Source: Macrostomum lignano | Taxonomy: Eukaryota | NCBI GenBank assembly: GCA_002269645.1 | Contig: NIVC01001708.1 | Coordinates: 183,843 to 247,842 of the forward strand | Reading direction: 5' to 3' | Length of the DNA: 64,000 nt | Part shown: piece after piece, positions 60,001 to 64,000 of the stretch | Position numbering within the stretch: position 1 is the stretch's first letter | Layout of the letters: every line of letters starts with the position of its first letter | Notes under the pieces: model-generated | The model's database searches: none | What the model saw: only the letters and a program-made list of their open reading frames with translations | Told to the model about the DNA's origin: nothing | Made by a program: the position numbers and the translations under genes

Positions 60001-63000
60001 TCAGTTGGACCGGGACGACAGCTCGGCCCGTTCGGCGTCCTCGTCGACTTCGTCTTCGCTGCTAACCGCGCCAGCCCCGGTGCCGGTGTCGCCCTCGTCG
60101 TCGCTGCCAGGATTGCTGTGATGCGGAGTCGAGGCCCGGCTGCCCATCGGGCTGGCCACGGCCGACAGCGGCCGGCTCAGGATGATCGACGACGGGCCTT
60201 TGCCGGTGCCGACTCCGGCGCCGCCGACCTCGCGGACTGAGTCCTTGAACAGGGCCGGGTGGGTGGCGGACACGGCCGCCAGTCTGGCTTTGCGATAATA
60301 GATGGCCAGATTTTTCCAGTCGAGCAATTCGCTGAGCCGCTCGGTCCGATTGCGCAAAATGATGCGCTGGCGCCGGTTCAACTGGGTGAAGTCGAACATG
60401 AACTGGGCGAGCTGCTGCACCTGCGGACCGGAATGGGAGCGGCGATGGGTTGGATTATTGTGTGCAGATATGATTATCATGAGTCAGATATATGATTGTC
60501 ATGAGTCAGATATATGATTATCATGAGTCAGATATATGATTGTCATGAGTCAGATATATGATTATCATGAGTCAGATATATGATTATCATGAGTCAGATA
60601 TATGATTATCATGAGTCAGATATATGATTATCATGAGTCAGATATATGATTATCATGAGTCAGATATATGATTATCATGAGTCAGATATATGATTATCAT
60701 GAGTCAGATATATGATTTATTGAAGTCAGAAATATGATTTATTGAAGTGAGAATTTTGATTATCATGGAGGTGATGATCATGGGGTGATGATCATGGGTG
60801 ATGATCATGGGGGGTGATGATCATGGGGTGATGATCATGGGGTGATGATCATGGGGTGATGATCATGGGGGTGATGATCATGGGGTGATGATCATGGGGT
60901 TGATGATCATGGGGGTTGATGATCATGGGTGATGATCATGGAGGTGATGATCATGGGGTGATGATCATGGGGTGATGATCATGGGGGTGATGATCATGGG
61001 GGTGATGATCATGGGGGTGATGATCATGGGGTGATGATCAGGGGTTGATGATCATGGGGGTTGATGATCACGGGGGTGATGATCATGGGGGTGATGATCA
61101 TGGGGGGTGATTATCATGGTGGTGATTATCATGGGGGTGATGATCATGGGGGTGATTATCATGGTGGTGATGATCATGGGGGTGATGATCATGGGGGTGA
61201 TGATCATGGGGGTGATGATCATGGGGGGTGATTATCATGGTGGTGATTATCATGGTGGTGATTATCATGGAGGCTGATTATCATGGTGGTGATTATCATG
61301 GAGGCTGATTATCATGGGGGTGATGATCATAGATAACCATGAAGGTGGACACGTGGATAGATAGACCCAGCCACTGACGATAATCATCATCATAAAAAAT
61401 GATGCAGCACTAACAGACTCCTCCCCGGACCGGTAGCGCCATGTCAACCACGTAGATGCCATAGCTGGCCGGATCCTCGATGTGCTGCTCACATGAAGCA
61501 GCCGAAGCCGCTGAGGTTGTGGACACAGACGGAATGCCCAGCACGGTGCACTCAGCGGGGTGTAGCCCACGGCTCGTAATAGGACGGGAACACGCCCAGG
61601 TGGCAGCCGCGCACAAAACTCTTCGTAGTCCATGGGCAGCAGCGATTGCTGGAGTTCAGAAACTCGGGGATGGAACACCACTTTGACGCGGTCGGAGCGA
61701 TTGTTGAATAGCTGGCAACGGCGAAGGTCGGCTAGCACGGGGTCCTTGCTGTCGTCTATGACATTGTGCGTGCATATTGGCGGCAGGTGGGTGCGGTTTG
61801 TGCCATAGACGCAGCGCTTCAACTGGACAACGTCCTCTTGGCGAAGAAGAATGTCCTTGCCTTCGGGTATGCGGCCCTGCACGGGACGCGGCAGTTTTGT
61901 GGTAATTGTATTCATTAGGGAGAGGCTGGAGAGCGGCCAGTAGGGCGGCTTGGGGCGGATATTTACGGAGGAAAGTAAGCGCGTGGCGGTTTTTGAGTTT
62001 GGGGCGGATTTTGGGGGCGGATATTGGGGAGGATAGTGGGTGCAGGCGGATACTGGGGGAGGATAGTGGGTGCAGGCGGATACTGGGGGAGGATAGTGGG
62101 TGCAGGCGGATACTGGGGGAGGATAGTGGGTGCAGCCGGATACTGGGGGAGGATAGTGGGTGCAGGCGGATACTGGGGGAGGATAGTGGTGCAGGCGGAT
62201 ACTGGGGGAGGATAGTGGGTGCAGCCGGATACTGGGGGAGGATAGTGGGTGCAGGCGGATACTGGGGAGAGGATAGTGGGTGCAGGCGGATACTGGGGGA
62301 GGATAGTGGGTGCAGGCGGATACTGGGGGAGGATAGTGGGTGCAGGCGGATACTGGGCGAGGATAGTGGGTGGCAGAAGGATACTGGGGGAGGATAGTGG
62401 GTGCAGCCGGATACTGGGGGAGGATAGTGGGTGCAGCCGGATACTGGGGAGGATAGTGGGTGCAGGCGGATACTGGGGGAGGATAGTGGGTGCAGGCGGA
62501 TACTGGGGGAGGATAGTGGGTGCAGGCGGATACTGGGGGAGGATAGTGGGTGCAGGCGGATACTGGGCGAGGATAGTGGGTGCAGCCGGATACTGGGCGA
62601 GGATAGTGGGTGCAGCCGCGATACTGGGGGAGGATAGTGGGTGCAGGCGGATACTGGGGGAGGATAGTGGGTGCAGCCGGATACTGGGGGAGGATAGTGG
62701 GTGCAGGCGGATACTGGGGGAGGATAGTGGGTACAGCCGGATACTGGGGGAGGATAGTGGGTGCAGGCGGATACTGGGGGAGGATAGTGGGTGCGGGGGC
62801 GGGTGTTGCGCGCACGTCGGAGGAGGATGGGTGATGGCAAAAGTTCAGCACAGTTCACACAGACCCCAGCCAGCTGCTCACCTGCAGGCACAGCTCGAAC
62901 ATCCTATTGCCAATATCCTGTTCAATCTGTTTGCAAGTGTCGCGCATGCCTTTCACAATGGCCTGTCCACGAAAAGATTCCACATTGAAGGAGGCGGTGC

Positions 63001-63229
63001 GCGCCGGGAAGATCAGGAAAGCAACCACGGTGACAGCGCTGTTGATCTCCTTCAGATAGAAGTTGAGCCGGGACAGGGCCTCGATGAACACATCGGCGCC
63101 TTGTTTGAGTACTCGTAGCGGCCCGCGATGAAGAAGTAGAGCACTTTGTCCATGTCAAAATCGTAGTGGCCGTGAAAGTGGCCCTGGATAAACCTGTTGA
63201 TCTTCTCCTTGGCCATCGCATGCCGCGTT
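60001..63229 (-). CDS. GYS: Glycogen synthase, last three exons (63229-62882, 61876-61415, 60420-60001); 5' part lies beyond the window
   Basis: [69 protein letters not shown] and the regulatory [21 protein letters not shown] tail; several 1-bp indels break the frame. Confidence 0.96.
60470..60740. repeat. 22-bp intronic minisatellite ATGATTATCATGAGTCAGATAT
   Basis: Directly visible. Confidence 0.95.
60760..61340. repeat. About 15-bp intronic minisatellite GATGATCATGGGGGT
   Basis: Directly visible. Confidence 0.95.
62010..62795. repeat. 30-bp intronic minisatellite GGATACTGGGGGAGGATAGTGGGTGCAGGC
   Basis: Directly visible. Confidence 0.97.
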
Positions 63230-63269
63230 CTGTTAAGGTTGGGGTATGGGGCAGGGCTATTTGAAGGTC

Positions 63270-64000
63270 AGCTGGATGGCGATTCTTATAAAGTCAAGGG
63301 CGATTCTTCTAAAACCAAGGGCGATTCTTATAAAGTCAAGGGGCGATTCTTATAAAGTCAAGGGCGATTCTTATAAAGTCAAGGGGCGATTCTTATAAAG
63401 TCAAGGGCGATTCTTATAAAGCCAAGGGGCGATTCTTATAAAGTCAAGGGGCGATTCTTATAAGGTCAGCTGGAGGGCGATTCTTATAAGGTCAGGGCGA
63501 TTCTTATAAAGTCAAGGGCGATTCTTAGAAATCCAAAGGGCGATTCTTATAAAGTCAAGGGTGATTCTTAAAAATTCAAGGGGCGATTCTTATAAGGTCA
63601 GCTGGGGCGATTCTTATAAGGTCAGGGGCGATTCTTATAAAGTCAAGGGCGATTCTTAGAAATCCAAAGGGCGATTCTTATAAGTCAAGGGTGATTCTTA
63701 AAAATTCAAGGGGCGATTCGTATAAGGTCAGCTGGAGGGCGATTCTTTTAAGGTCAGCTGGGGGGCGATTCTTATAAGGTCAGCTGGAGGCGATTCTTAT
63801 AAGGTCAGGGGCGATTCTTATAAAGTCAAGGGGCGATTCTTAGAAATCCAAAGGGCGATTCTTATAAAGTCAAGGGTGATTCTTAAAAATTCAAGGGGCG
63901 TTCTTAATAAGGGTCAGGGGCGATTCTTATAAAGTCAAGGGCGATTTCTTAAAAATTCAAGGGGCGATTCTTATAAGGTCAGGGGCGATTTTATAAAGTC
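63270..64000. repeat. About 22-bp intronic minisatellite GGCGATTCTTATAAAGTCAAGG, runs off the window end
   Basis: Directly visible. Confidence 0.95.

Noticed and set aside
61415-63229. Glycogen synthase as a pseudogene or programmed frameshift/readthrough gene
   Set aside because: About ten 1-bp indels, mostly in homopolymers (e.g. AAG GGC to AAGGC, CCC to CCCC, TTT to TTTT), occur in otherwise highly conserved coding sequence, and the last exon is clean. This is typical of unpolished long-read consensus; short-read polishing would confirm.

Overview
AT-rich eukaryotic (metazoan) genomic DNA with spliceosomal GT-AG introns and a very high load of tandem repeats. The combination of repeat-filled introns, GC3-rich exons and the gene set suggests a free-living flatworm such as Macrostomum; this is inference, not a database result. 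Host genes I could assemble by hand: a divergent ERD2/KDEL-receptor-like gene (-, 2 exons), an intronless Sec61-beta (-), an intronless RRP9/U3-55K WD40 gene (+), an F-box/LRR gene (+, at least 6 exons), a TIA-1/TIAR-like RNA-binding gene with only two RRMs (-, 8 exons), the 3' part of glycogen synthase (-, frameshifted by probable long-read indel errors), and one orphan ORF starting MGQCCC. Mobile DNA: an RT-less LOA/R1-type LINE with both ends and a 13-bp TSD, a Tc1/mariner (maT-like) relic, a decayed RTE-like LINE, an intron-containing Crypton-type tyrosine recombinase relic, two hAT-type non-autonomous elements with 8-bp TSDs that each carry a nested insertion, and MITEs. About 30 micro/minisatellite arrays are present; they produce most of the long ORFs in the supplied track, which are spurious. 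No rRNA, tRNA or CRISPR was seen. Most notable: the LINE whose RT loss looks like a splicing event, a shared GAATC(G/C)CC core and cross-family homology among otherwise different minisatellites, a CpG-deamination signature between two copies of a repeat, a candidate poison exon in the RRM1-less TIA gene, and a candidate RRP9-FBXL operon. Array boundaries are approximate.
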